This document shows, piece by piece, positions 39,020-52,600 of a stretch of DNA of 64,000 nucleotides; positions within the stretch are counted from its first letter, which is position 1, and each line of letters starts with the position of its first letter. The notes beneath the pieces were generated by a model. It had not been told where the DNA came from. It searched no databases and saw only the letters and a list, made by a program, of their open reading frames with translations. This DNA comes from Octopus sinensis (Eukaryota), in contig NC_043007.1 of NCBI RefSeq assembly GCF_006345805.1, positions 44,764,001 through 44,828,000 of the forward strand. The letters run 5' to 3'. The position numbers and the translations under genes were made by a program.

Positions 39020-39335
39020 ATTTCACATCCAGGTCTACTTTGAGGTCTGTTAGTCTGCCTTTGTGATTGATATTGTTCTCTTCACATTTCAGCACCAAGT
39101 TAATATATTTATATTTGCTGCTTTTGTTTAGCAAGTGCTGTCTGAAAGAGACTGTAAACTGTATGACATTTTAAGGCTGTCTGCACTGATTTCAAACCTC
39201 TATCTTCTTCATCTCTTCTTAAGTAGAACTTGTTGATATCACTATTTCTGTGGAGATTTCCAGTTGATGTCAGCATCTTGTGGGTTTTAACATCTATAGA
39301 ATAGATTTCCTCTACAGACCAGTTAACTATGTATA
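39020..39335 (-). mobile_element. Non-LTR retrotransposon fragment, R4/Dong-like
   Basis: IDVKTHKMLTSTGNLHRNSDINKFYLRRDEEDRGLKSV resembles the H..D.DRLY..R..GGRGL motif of RLE-type LINEs. Confidence 0.7.
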
Positions 39336-39529
39336 TATGTATTTTTGACAATGGGCTCCTTATAGTCTCTGCCCATTATATCTATTCCCTGTTAGAGTCT
39401 GAGGCCAAATAGAAAACACTTGTTCAGGCTACATGTGGTGGAACTGAACCTGAAGCCATATGGTTAGGAAACTAGGATGATTTTCAACTCACCTTAGTCT
39501 TCTTTTTTTTAATTCTTTTTGTGTCTCAG

Positions 39530-39619
39530 CTCCAGAGCAGAAAGGATACAATGTGGTCCATTTCCTTGTCTGATTTGCAAGAGCACTGTTCTGTGAACAT
39601 ATCCATGTGGTAACGCATG
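39530..39619 (+). other. Candidate poison cassette exon (90 nt, phase 1-1, in-frame TGA at 39571)
   Basis: Very strong acceptor TTTTTTTTAATTCTTTTTGTGTCTCAG and donor ATG|GTAAGA; one stop in the EPS8 frame. Confidence 0.35.
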
Positions 39620-39907
39620 GTAAGACTATTTTATTATGTTGAATCAGATGACCGATTATGAGGAAATTTGACACATAAGCTCTTTGGGTAGTTTTTGACA
39701 CTTCTAAGGAGTTTTACCTGATATTTTAGTTTTACATTTAAATAATCCATGTTGGTTTGTGAAGTTGTACTTGTTTGGTGAGGAATTTGATCTGAGATTC
39801 TGTGTCAAAATTAAACCAATTGCAACATGGTAGAGTCATGACAGTCAATTCGAAATACATATGTACTGTTATGTTAACTTTCATTTCAGTTTGTAATATA
39901 TAATGTC

Positions 39908-39942
<35 letters not shown>

Positions 39943-40184
39943 GTATGTATGTGTGTGTGTGTGTGTGTGTGTGGCCTGAATTTAGTAGTGACCACTGAGT
40001 TTATCAAGGTGTGTTGTTGCTGAAGGACTGTTGGCAAATTGCTTTGAATGCATAGATATAGTGGGATGGTGATTCTGCTACTGTTAATGTGGCTACTGAT
40101 TTAAAGAGATTGGCATTTTATTTCTTTGTACTGTTGAATTGTTCTTCATGGTTGGTTACATGTGCGATTGCCCTTAGCTTTTTC

Positions 40185-40222
<38 letters not shown>

Positions 40223-41747
40223 TATTGGCTTGCTCACTTAGCCAGCAGGGTGGCATCATTTGAAGGCTAAGACAATGCGAAGCACATTGTGACCAGCGGT
40301 GTGTAGCAACATCTGATAGCCTGGTCGGTCACGGTGATATATATATATATATATAAACTGTATAATAATACATCATAATAATAGTTATTCTCCAATTTGA
40401 AGCAACAATTTTTAAATACAAACAAATGACGGAAAAATAATGAGCTAACCTCAGGAAGAGTCGAACCCACAAATGAATGCTTACAGGCCTCCTTGCACAT
40501 CCAATTGGTCAAACACTCACCCATCAATTTCAGTCAAATTTAGTTAATATATATATATATATATATGTATATATAATACTTCTGTTTTATGTTGCTTTTG
40601 TTTTATGTACCAAAATAATATTAAAAATGCAGAAGAAACCTCAGACAGGTTTAGCAGAAACAGTCTGAAACCAGTCAGTAAAGAAGCTTCTGAGTCAGTA
40701 AACCATTTCTTCCTCCCTCTCCTTGTCCTCATCCTCATCATCATCATGATTGCAAGAAAGGATTGACCAACTTCCTGTTGCCAAAGTTCACCTGCCTCCA
40801 GGCAAATTAATTTTTTTCTATGCCTGACTACTTTTCGTAGAAAATTGGAAATGAAGGACATTGTTTGTAATATGTTGAACATCCACTCTAATCCACTGGC
40901 ACTGCTTTATGTAACTATCCTCATTCATAGGCATCTCATGACCAAAACCACAGTCTGTTCTCATGCACGTTGCATCTGATTGCTCTTATACATAACTTCT
41001 CTCACAATACATTAATTCTTTGTTGTACATGCACACCGACATTTCACATCCAGCAGAGAATACTAGCTTCATTCCTCTCTCATTTTTGCATGACCTCTAC
41101 ATTCAGGACCTTTATCTCACTATCATGTAATCTTACTCTATGTACACCATAAATTCTACCTTTCCCTTGGAGAGAAACCTTTTGTTGCCAACAGAGGTAA
41201 TAGCTTTCTAAACTTCCTCTCTCCACTGTTAATCACATCACCTAGGTAACAGCAGTATCTGCTACCTTTTGGGGGTCTCTAGGATTTTGAGAAAATCAAC
41301 TTCTTGTGTAACACATGCATGCATATACTTACATACTTTACATTCTTCTGTGACGTGGTCACTGTCACTTTGTTAAACTCTATGTAATTTTTTTCTTGTA
41401 TTCTTCTTTCTCCAAATCTACTGTGTCCCATTCCCAACAATTTTTCATCCAATTCTACCCTCCACTCCTATTCTCCCCTGAACATCAACCTTCTAGAATT
41501 CCTGTTTCAACTTCAATATTCCCACATACATTGAGTTCCATATTTTCAAGCTGAGTATAACTACCACAATCTCTCCACTCTCATTAGGCCGACAGAAATC
41601 CCTTCCTTCTGATTCATCCATAAAATAACACTGCTAATACACACAAAATAATATGTTTATAGGTGCAGGCATAGCGTGGTGGTTAGCTTGCATTGCAACC
41701 GCGTGATTTCAGGTTCAGTATCCCTGTGTGGCACCTTGGACAAATTA

Positions 41748-42375
41748 TCATTTAATGTCTACTTTCCATGCTAGCATGGGTTGGATGATTTGACTGAGGA
41801 CTGGCGAACCAGATGGCTGCACCAGGCTCCAATTTGATCTGGCAGAGTTTCTACAGTTGGATACGCTTCCTAACGCCAACCACTCTAAGAGTGTAGTGGG
41901 TGCCTTTACGTGCCACCGGCACGAGGGCCAGTCAGGAGGTACTAGCAACGGCCACGCTCAAATGGTGTTTTTTTACGTACCACTTGCACAGAAGCCAGTC
42001 TAGCGGCACTGGCAATGACGTTGCACTTTTTTTTTTTCATGTTCTACCAGCACAAGTGCTAGTAAAGCGATGCTGGTAACGATCACACTTGAATGGTGCT
42101 TTTTATGTGCCACTGGCACAGAAGCCAGTCAGCTGCTCTGGCAAGGATCACGCTCTGATGGTGCTTTTGGCGCTCCACTTGCACGGATGCCATTCATCAA
42201 ATTTGATTTCCATTTCACTTGCCTCAACAGGTCTTCGCAAGCAGAGTTTAGTGTCCAGTGAAGGAAAGGTATGCATAAGTGGGCTGGTTACACCCCTGCC
42301 ATAGGCCATGTTTTATGGTCTCATTTGGCTTGCTGGGTCTTCTCAAGCACAGCATATTTCCAAAGGTCTTGGTCA
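41748..42375 (-). mobile_element. RTE LINE 3' end with hairpin-unit array
   Basis: Minus strand: DLWKYAVLEKT ORF end, UTR, ~65-nt unit array, GGAAGCGTATCCAACTGTAGAAAC, ...GACATTAAATGAT tail. Confidence 0.8.
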
Positions 42376-42664
42376 CTATATTATAAGCCCAGGCTAACCA
42401 ATACCTTGTGAGTGAATATGGGAGATCAAAATGTGTAGAAGCCCATCATGTATGTGTATATATACTGGTGATAACTGGTGTTGGTTTGTTTATGTCCTTA
42501 TAACTTAATGGTTCATCAAAATATAAACAATAGATTAAGCTCTAGACTTAAAACAAAAAAGTATTGGAATTGATTTATTGGCAGTTCCCTAGCATAGCTA
42601 CAGCCCAATGACTGAAACAAGTAAAAGAGATGAAGGTAAAAACTGTCAATATTAGCACCATAAA

Positions 42665-43200
42665 AACATTATTTACTGTATATTGTATCACTGAAAACTG
42701 AGATTCTTATGTTTGCCTTTGTGATGTCTGATAAGGGTACACCAGGCACATGCATCACAACCACATGTGTGCAACATGGTGATCTCATATCAAGATAAAC
42801 AGCGCATGACCTTGCAGGTGGGGCCCAGTTGGAATTTTCTTCTGGTTGAGTAGCCCATCCCACTCAAAAGGTCCCTGAATAAGAGTTGTTTAAGGCTGTT
42901 GAACGAACCACCCATGTTTCCAAAGGTGAATTATCCAAACCTCTAAGGATTCCTTTCAACACACGGCTATGATGCTCCCCCACTACTTTTACTCATGATC
43001 AGAGATGCACATATCATCAGCCACTAAGGGACATGGTCAGCTGGTTAAGGTCAAACAACTGACAAGCAAATCTGTGGTATTGAGCAGAATATTTGCTGTA
43101 GCCTATCTTTCATACCACGACAAAACAATGTACATGATAACGCTTCTAATCAGTTAAGATCAGAAGCCATGAGAGCCACTGTAGTACTGCATCAGGGCAT
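42665..43200 (-). mobile_element. Unclassified interspersed retroposon-like repeat
   Basis: GC-richer block flanked by a simple (ATT)n run; resemblance to abundant octopus repeats is recalled only. Confidence 0.4.
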
Positions 43201-43204
43201 AATG

Positions 43205-43269
<65 letters not shown>

Positions 43270-43270
43270 T
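43205..43270. repeat. (ATT)n microsatellite
   Basis: Seen directly. Confidence 0.95.
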
Positions 43271-43709
43271 ATTTTTTTCCCCCTCAAGCTTCAGTTGAAG
43301 AAAAAAGACATTTAGGGTTAGAAGCAGAATGTCTTTTCAAATACCCAAATATGGTAAATGATATTGGAAATGATAGCTTTCAACTATCTCTCACCATATT
43401 CCTCAAGTTAAACAGGTTTTTCTAAAAACACGTGGAAAAAAAAATTGGTTAATTAATGTCAGTCATACTTAGACTGTGTACCTTTTGAAACTGTTTATTC
43501 TCTTTTTGTTTGTTTCCACTATCATTAAATTTCTCATCAGATTTTCTTAATGTTTTTATCACTTGTTTGTCAAATCAACTTACCTGACCAGCCTACCTAT
43601 GATTCTTTTTATTACCTCATTTCCTCTCCACCATCATTACAATGCAGTTCTTCTGCAATGAATAGCAAGACTACTACTTACACATTTCCTGTTGGTTTGC
43701 TTCACATTT

Positions 43710-43740
<31 letters not shown>

Positions 43741-44344
43741 TCATAGCCACACAATATTCAGAATCCATATCTCATACTACAACTGTGTGTGTGTGTGTGT
43801 GCCTACATATATACACACACACACACATATATTGTTTAGTAACTTCCTCATGATATGTGTGTGTGTAAAAGTAATATGTGACAATTATTCGGTAGCCATG
43901 ATAAAACTCCTAGTTTCAGATGCTGGGGTGGAAATCCATGCCGCCATCTCTTCAGTTATCTGGTCATCCGATAACTGAAGAGATGGCGGTGCGGATTTCC
44001 ACCCCAGCATCCGAAACTCGGAGTTTTATCATGGCTACCGAACAATTGTCACATATTACTTTTACAGATAAATTCCTCTATTTATATATTATCGAGGTCT
44101 CTTTCATTCTTTTGTTTGTCTTACCATTTTTATCAATATATATATATATATATATATAAATATATGTAATAACAAAATAATATATAAAACATATGCATAT
44201 ATACATACATATATGTACATACCTACATCTATATGTATATATAAATGCATATATGGGTACAGGACACCAAAAAAACATTGAACACAATGAGAAACGAAAA
44301 CATAAAAACAAAAACATGGAAACAGATTTATATATATATATATG

Positions 44345-44437
44345 CATGACACCTTGGGCAAGTGTCTTCTACTATTGCCTTGGGCCGACCAAAGCCTTGT
44401 GAGTGTATTTGGTAAACAGAAACTGAAAGAAGCCTGT

Positions 44438-44492
<55 letters not shown>

Positions 44493-44692
44493 GTGTCTGT
44501 GTTTGTCACCCCCAACATCGCTTGACAACTGATGCTGGTGTGTTTACGTCCCGGTAACTTAGCAGTTCGACAAAAGAGACTGATAGAATAAGTGCCAGAC
44601 TTACAAAGAATAAGTCCTGGGGTCGATTTGCTCGACTAAAGGTGATGCTCCAGCATGGCCACAGTCAAATGACTGAAACAAATAAAAGAATA
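44345..44692 (+). mobile_element. SINE family A, 5' truncated
   Basis: Body, (TA)n and tail. Other fragments near 860, 4400, 5820, 11640, 19100, 21790, 22693, 27380, 27800, 31230, 41660, 42380, 51515, 53150, 63470. Confidence 0.8.
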
Positions 44693-44696
44693 TGTA

Positions 44697-44728
<32 letters not shown>

Positions 44729-45318
44729 AACAATTGTGAGATTGGTTACTAGTTTCTACTGGGCCAGTCACTGATTCACTATTTTTATGATGGCACTTGT
44801 CGAAAGGGAGTATCTGTACACAGTGCAGAACAAATATCGCAAGAGTCTCACTTTGAAAAGTACTGGTTTATCAACTGCTGTGAGATAACAGCTTAAGCAA
44901 ATTAGTTCCAGTGTTCTGAGTTCAAATCTCATGGAGAGCAGCTTACCTTTCATATTTATTGTGTTGATAAATATAGTACAGCTGAAATAATGGGAGATGA
45001 TTCTTCTATCTGTCTGTCCATCTGTTCATTTGTTTGTCTCTCAGAGTTAGCAGTTTTGCTCTGTGTGGTGTATAGGTACTGATGAGCTTTTATGTACGTA
45101 TGTAGGAAGGGCATCCAGCTGTAGAAACACTGCCAGATCAGACTGGAGCCTGGTGCAGCCTCCTGGCTTCCCAGACCCCCCCTCGAACTGTCCAACCCGT
45201 GCTAGTGCTGAAAACTGACGTTAAACGATGATGATGATATATATTTATTTATTATTTATTTATTTTATTTTATCTTATCTAGTTTCAGCTCATGAGCTGT
45301 GGCCATGCTGGGGCACCG

Positions 45319-45357
<39 letters not shown>

Positions 45358-48300
45358 CATACATACATATAGATGCATGCTTACACATACATTGATGTGT
45401 GCACATATATACTCTTTTAAACCATTCTCTCTTGTGTCAACACTTTCCTTCACTCTGTTGTCATAAATCAGTCAGTCTGTTTGTCTCTCCATTTTCTGTA
45501 CCTGTATTGCTCACACACACACACTCTTTCTGTTGTTCCCATTTTCTCTTTCTCTCTGTTCTTATCACCCCCTCTGTTGTCATTAATCTTTGTTTTTCAC
45601 TCTTTCACTCTCCCTCCCTCTTACCACTCTCCTCTCCTCACTTTCACCTCCTCACTCTATCATTGCCACCGTAACCCCCTTTTATCCAACTCTCTCTCTT
45701 TCTCTTTAACATATTCAATTAATTCATCCCACTCTTATTCTGTCTCACTCTCCTATTTCATCCCCATCCTTGCCCCACATATCTAGATATGTCATAGGTT
45801 GACACTTGTGGTATGTTTGCAAATACCAGGAGTACAAACCTGACATTCTATACATATTTTATATTTGAGAATGTTCAAAGTATCATTTATAGAAATTTAC
45901 CTACAATTTTCATGTTGGCTTTATTTGTGTATCTCTCTGTTGGCCTATATATCTACCTGTATGTCTGTTCATCAGTAAATTTCATTCATTTATGAACCCA
46001 CCTTTCTATCTTCACACCCATTTATCTACCTTCTTATTTATCTGAATAACTATTTGTTTCCCTAGCAATCTCTTTTTTTTTTCTTGCATACCTATCTATT
46101 TGCTACTAACCTATTTATCTACATAGCTGTTTATTGTTCTACCCATGTCTACACACCTCTGTATACAAATACCTATCTATTTAGATACCTACCTGTTTGT
46201 CTACATAGCTGTCTACATACATACCTAGCTTTATATCTACTTACCTATCCATCTATTTACCTATCTATATGAATACCTATTTATCTATACACCTATTTGA
46301 GTACAGACCTACCTGTCTACGTACCTATATCTAATCTAATATGTTATATTTTATATAACTATATTAATAAATTGTAAACATAATATTACTATATAACATA
46401 ATATTACTATATATCTCTTATCTATAATATACATGTACATTATTATGCGTATACATGCCTATGTGTCTCTCAGGTCTTTCTATGTAAACACCTATTCTAT
46501 CTGGTCTTGCCTAGATGGTGGTATGGGTCATCAGTCCATTTATTCATCCATCTGCATACCTTCTTAACTATTTACTTACACCCCCACTTTTTTATCTGTC
46601 AGTCTATCTACATAGCTGTCTACTTACCCTTCCTTTCTGATATCAATAAACTTTCTATCTTAGCCAATATATTTAAAATACAATCTTTCAGTATAATCTA
46701 ATGTAGTCTAGCAAGAGTACCTAAAGCTCCACCCACTTAATTAGCTGCCAGTTTTATTATTTATAAAATAACAAACAAAACTTGCTACACTTTGATGGTG
46801 AGAGCAATGCACTGTCTTACTCTATGAGCTAAACCAGGCATGGTTAACCTTTTTTTGAGAAGTGGGCCACATGAGGTACAGTTCATCATTAGATGGATCA
46901 CATTAAAAAGATTCAAGGTGATTTTTTTCATTGGCACGCTATTCAGAAATCCCATGGACTGCAGTTTGTCTATGATGAAGCTAATCACTTCTGAACCTGC
47001 TAGAAATAGTGACTACTCTTCATTTCATACTTCACACGAGCATCAGAAAAAGAGGAAGGGCATATTAGAATTAGTAATTTTTTCATGTTCTCACTGAATT
47101 TATCTAATAATAATAACAATGATTTCAAGTTTTGGTACAAGGCCAGCAGTGCTGAGGGAAGAAGGCAAGTTGATTACATCAACCCCAGTATGTAACTAGT
47201 ACTATATTTTATTGACTCTCCAAGGAATGAAAGGCAATGAACTTGAAATGTATTGAGGAGAAATGTAAAATTTTGCAGGCTGCTTGGTGACCTCACTGGT
47301 GCTGGTAGTATGAAAATAAAAGTAGCCAGTATTTGCTGTAAAGTAGTTGGTGCTAGGTGGGACATACCAAAGCTGACACTGGACCATGATTAGTCCTTGA
47401 ACTTCTGTCAAACCACCCAATCCATGCCAATGTGGGTTGATGATAATGATGGTGTTTGCAAGTGAGGCTCATCTGCACTTGTATAATTCCTCTTCAAGGC
47501 ACATATGTGTGTATATGTGAAGCTGCATATCCAGCTTAGTGGCTAGGGTGTTTGGTTCATGATCATAACTTCATGAGTTCAGTTCCTGGATTAGATGGCA
47601 ACATACTTTATTTCACATTGCTCTAATTTACTCAACTGAAAATGAATACCAGCCAAGTATGGGTGCAACTTCCTCCATCCATTTGCTACATCTTGGATGT
47701 GACACCTTGATCAAAGGGTGGCTGAGTTGTAAGGATCTCTATATTTGCTTGTGACTACATTGACACCTAAAACAAATTGCAAAAGCATGGTATATGTTAC
47801 CAAGCCATGCTCACTTATGGGTGATGGCTGGCTGTTATATGTCGTCGTTGTCACTATCGTCATCATCAACCCTCTGGCTTGCTAGCTCCTGTCAAACTGT
47901 CCAACCCATGCCAGCATAGAAAAAGGGTCAGTAAATGAGGATGATGATGATATACGTACACACACACACATACACCAACTAGAAACAATACAATAAAGAA
48001 CAAAAATAAAACAATTAAAATGCCTCCCATCTCTCACATTGGTTAATTAATTAACTTTTGTGCTGTGATTATTTCTAAATATAATTTAATGAACTGATCA
48101 GTTGATTCAAATTCTTATCAAAACAACAAGCTAAATAAATGTTCAGTCAGAACTTCTATTTGCATATACATAGACAGGCCATAGTGATTTCCCATCACTT
48201 ATTAATTGATCTGTTGTAATCACCAAGAAGCCATATAGACTTCTATTCCTTAGAACAAGTTTCAAGCTTTGTTGATTTCTCTTTTGTTGTTGTTTTTTGT

Positions 48301-48529
48301 TTGCCTGATTGAAGTTTGTATCATTAATCATATCTGCTCTGTTTTTTCTGTCATATTTTTACCTCTACTTTGGTCATGTAAGGACTCCTCTGAATATATT
48401 TGGTCTGGGTACATTTGAATGTACCATTCCTAATTAATGTTACCCTGGGTTGGATTTACAGAATTAGGATTAGCATTAAAATCTTGTGGATTTACAGAAC
48501 TAGGGTTAGCATTAAAAAATATTTAACCT

Positions 48530-48970
48530 CATCATCATCCTTTAATGTCCGTTTTCCATGTTGGCCTGAGTTAGACGGTTTGACCAGAGCTGGCAAGCAG
48601 GAGAGCTGCACCAGATTAGTCTGATTTGGCATGGTTTCTACAGCTTGATGCCCTTCCTGATGCCAACCACTTTACAGTGTGTGCTGAGTGCTTTTAACAT
48701 GGCACTGGTATGCATACTTTTACATGGTACTGACATGAGTGCTTTCTCTGTGGCATAGGACCCCTGCAAGCCTTCATCAAGACAAGTGACCTTAACACTT
48801 TTACTGTAGAGGGTTGGTTTTTTTTCTTTAGTTCAACAAGGTGCCAGATATCTGTCCTTTGTCATCTTGTCTGACAGTTTCAGCGTCCTGAAGTTTTCCT
48901 TCAGTACCTCATCCCACATCTTCCTCTGTCTCCCTCTTACACGAGTTCCATCCACTTTGAGAGATTGGCA
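48530..48970 (-). mobile_element. RTE LINE 3' end
   Basis: Minus-strand CQSLKVDGTRVRGRQRKMWDEVLK followed by the family tail. Confidence 0.7.
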
Positions 48971-49439
48971 ATGTTAAAACAGATTGTATATGTTTCTATT
49001 AATTTTAAAAATAAGGAAGAATATGGTAAAATAACTTTGTCATTATTAAACTGGTATTTGGAACATAAATTAATATGAAATGTAATATTATTTATTCACA
49101 TTGTTTTAAATTAGTCAAACATTATCTCACAGCTTTGAAAGTTTGATGTGATTGCATATTTTTCGAATGACATGGTAGGGTAGCTGGTTTGAGAATAAAC
49201 AGGTAGAATATTTGGGCTGAATATTGCCAGTTTAAATGCTGATTGGTAAAATACTAGTTATTGCATCGATTTTTGGCTGGAAATTATGGAGATGTAACCT
49301 TAATCACTGCTCTCTTCCAAATTCAATTTGCTTGCAATTCAGCACCCTTTTGCTCAAGATCATTTCAGATGTTTATCAACGCTCTGGTTAGCTACATAAA
49401 TCCCTAATATTCTACTTGTTTTATGCTCGAACCAGCCAT

Positions 49440-49602
49440 AAACTGTTAAAATAATCTTATTACATATTTATATGTTATTAGAAACTGTATAAAAAAATTG
49501 TTAAAATACTTTTGAACCAATTTATTGCACATAAATTTCAACAACAAAATCTTATATGGACCCTCCCCCAAGGGCCATATAGACTCTGGTTGAAAATCCA
49601 TG
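49440..49602. mobile_element. Partial hAT MITE of the 57449 family
   Basis: Shares ACATAAATTTCAACAACAAAATCTTATATGGACC...GGTTGAAAA with 57620-57700. Confidence 0.6.
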
Positions 49603-52600
49603 CTTTAACTGCAACCCACTTAAAATAACCTATTTAATTTTATCAACTGTGTTCCTCCTCCTTCTTAGAGGTGATATGGAGTACACTGTCAATTCAATTA
49701 TTTCATTATTAGTAACAAGTATTTTAACTGCATTTGATACCATCTAGGACTGTTAGATGTTTTGTTATTCATTAAATAATTGCAGAAGAAATATTTAATT
49801 AAATGCTAATATTAAGAGTGGCAATAAAAAAAAAAAACTGTTTTAGCTTTGGAAATGATCAATATTTGAATATTTTTTGAACTAGTATCTATCATTAGTT
49901 GTCAATGTTTGGTGGAAATCATACAACTGTTTCTGGTGTATTTTGTTTCATTTGTAACATTTGTTTCTGTACCTCATCTATCATACAGCATGTCAAATAG
50001 AGCTGGTTCTTGTACTTGATACCCAAATAAACTTGTTAAAAAATACAAAATGTGAAGGAAAATGTAATTATGTTGCTATAATAACTGAACATTTTGGATT
50101 TCTTAGCTTCAGCAGTTTCTCTGATATAGGAATGAACAAACACTTAAGTAATCAAACAAATAAATGAAAACAGTGGTGCACCACTTTTTGGTGGTTAGAT
50201 TAGTTAGATGGTGTATTTGTATATGTGTGATAAAGTGGTAGCAGCTGTGCACAAGGTTTATGTATACTTGCATGCTATTTTCAATATTGGAGTAGAAGTG
50301 GCTCTGAATTGGCAGAGTTGATAGAACATCAGATAGAACACCTATTGGTGTTTGTTGTAACTCATTGCATTCCGGGTTCAAATGCTGCTGAGGTCAGCTT
50401 TCTGTTTCGTCCCATCAGAATCAACACAAAAAAGTATCAATCTAAGGTGATTGGTTGGCAGAGGATCAGGCAGAATGCCTTGCAGTATTTGTTTTGGCTC
50501 TTTGTCTTCTGAGTTCAAATCCAGCTGTGGGCTGTTTAGGCAGTAGAGTTAATACACCTTCTGGTTCAACACTACCTCTTGGTCCCTTGGGAACTTTCTG
50601 GTTTGGCTGCATTTTCCTCCCTCCTTCCCTACCATTATTATAGACTCTAAATGTCTAAATTATTATAGACATTTGGCTTCTTTCTGGATTAAACAGTAAA
50701 TACAAAGCATATTTCAGCTATCAATCAAGCAAATATGCAGAAAGACAAAAAATTGTACCTAATTTGTTGATGGCTGGAAAAAAAGGGCACCTAATTTGCT
50801 GATAGTTGGATATGTGGGATGGTGATGACAAGGAGCAATGGTTATTGTCCACAACAAACATTGGCTATTTATATGTTATTTTCTCTCTCATTAAGCAACT
50901 AGTTTTGTTATTTTTATGAGACAGTAACATTGACTAAATATAAATCTATGGATATAGTCAAGAGTGAATCTATGTGATTAACACTAATTATATGCCAAGA
51001 AAGCCCTCCCTCCTCTCTCTCCTTCACCATCATATATTCACTGACTTTTTTGTAGTATGGAGGGTCAGCTTTGCTTGTTCAGGGTTAAACATAATTGTGA
51101 CCTTGAATTTGTCATGACAGTTGCTATTGTTGTTGTTATTTTTGTCACTGAATTACTCTGGAAGAAAAAAAAAGCCAATATAAAGTTGTAAGACAAAATA
51201 GTTTTGTGTTGAGATTGGGTTTACTTCTACTGCTGTTGCTTGTAAGCCTAGAGGACTAACGATATGATACATTGCCACTTTTAGTTACATATTATGCAAG
51301 AGTAATGGAAGGAGTCTCAGCCAAGTATTCGTTGTTATTAATCCATTTAAGGCAAAGGGACATGTTTGTAGTCCGACTTAAATAAAATTTACCTTGGGAG
51401 GAAAAGATGGGCTGTTCATACTCGAGCTGTTTTGATCATAGAATATTGGCCTGATCAGGACTGTGTTGGTCAAAATCTAGTTGTCAACATACCCCATGGC
51501 CATCTTCAGAAGGCACAAGTGTGGCTGTGTGGTAAGAAGCTTGCTTCACAACCATGCAGTCATAGGTTCACTCAAATTGTTCAGCACCTTGAGCAAGTGT
51601 CTTCCACCATAATCCCAGGCTAATCAAAGCATTGTGAGTGGAGTTGATGGATTGAAACTGAAAGAAGTCCATCATACATATATATGTACATGCATATATA
51701 TGTGTGCATGTACACACACACACTCTCTCTCTCTCTTCAAGTCTGATGGATTGTCAGATCCTCTGCCAGTTTTAATAATGAACATTTAGCTATTTGATGA
51801 ACTGAAATTAAATTTATATGTCTGAATATACCATGGACATACACACTCATAGCATAATTCTCAAGCTGCACTAATGGGATATAGCATGTGATATTGCATG
51901 TGATAAGCTGAGCTTTTGAATTACAAGTAAAAATTCATCTGACAAGCTTCTTCAGGGTCTTCAACTTTCCAATTATACTTAGTCAACCTGAGGTTATTGT
52001 AAAATATGTTGCATCAAGATCTGTGCAGTGGCTGTAATTATGAGACCAGAACTGCATATATTCAATACCCCCTTTTTTGTGCTACCAGTCATCCTTCTCC
52101 TTTGAACTATTTTCTTTGCCATCCATCCCATAATTCCAACATCATCCCTTACCACCTTATTTCTGTTGAATAACCTTACTGCTGAACACCTCATATCTGC
52201 CATCAATGCATTCCCCATATATCCACCCCTAGCTTTACTATATCCATCCCTATGTGCCTCTGACCTCTATCTCTGTCATTGTGCATCTACTTTCTCCCCA
52301 AAACTTCACAACATTTCTCTTCTCATCTATCTATGGTTTTACTATACTCTTGCTCTTCAACTCACCTTTTTTCTTCTTCTTTTTGCATTACTACCTATCA
52401 CTTCCTCTCTGACTCCCTCCTATTTTCCTTACTTTTCCTCAAACTGAAATTTGTCATTGTCCAAGTCTCCATCCATGTTCACCATTTACTGCATTCACTT
52501 ATGCCCTCACATCTACCATCTGTTACTCTTGTGAACCTGGCCACCAAACCATCCTTGATTATTGGCCCTGTTTTCTCTTTATCCACTATTTTGTACCTTG

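Noticed and set aside
39493-39590. Minus-strand exon-like segment with AAG|GTGAGT donor (also a donor near 43585)
   Set aside because: Weak acceptor, no recognisable protein and no consistent partner exons for an antisense gene.
49974-50167. ORF after a strong acceptor (ACQIELVLVLD...)
   Set aside because: No phase-1 donor that returns cleanly to 62449 and no homology recognised.
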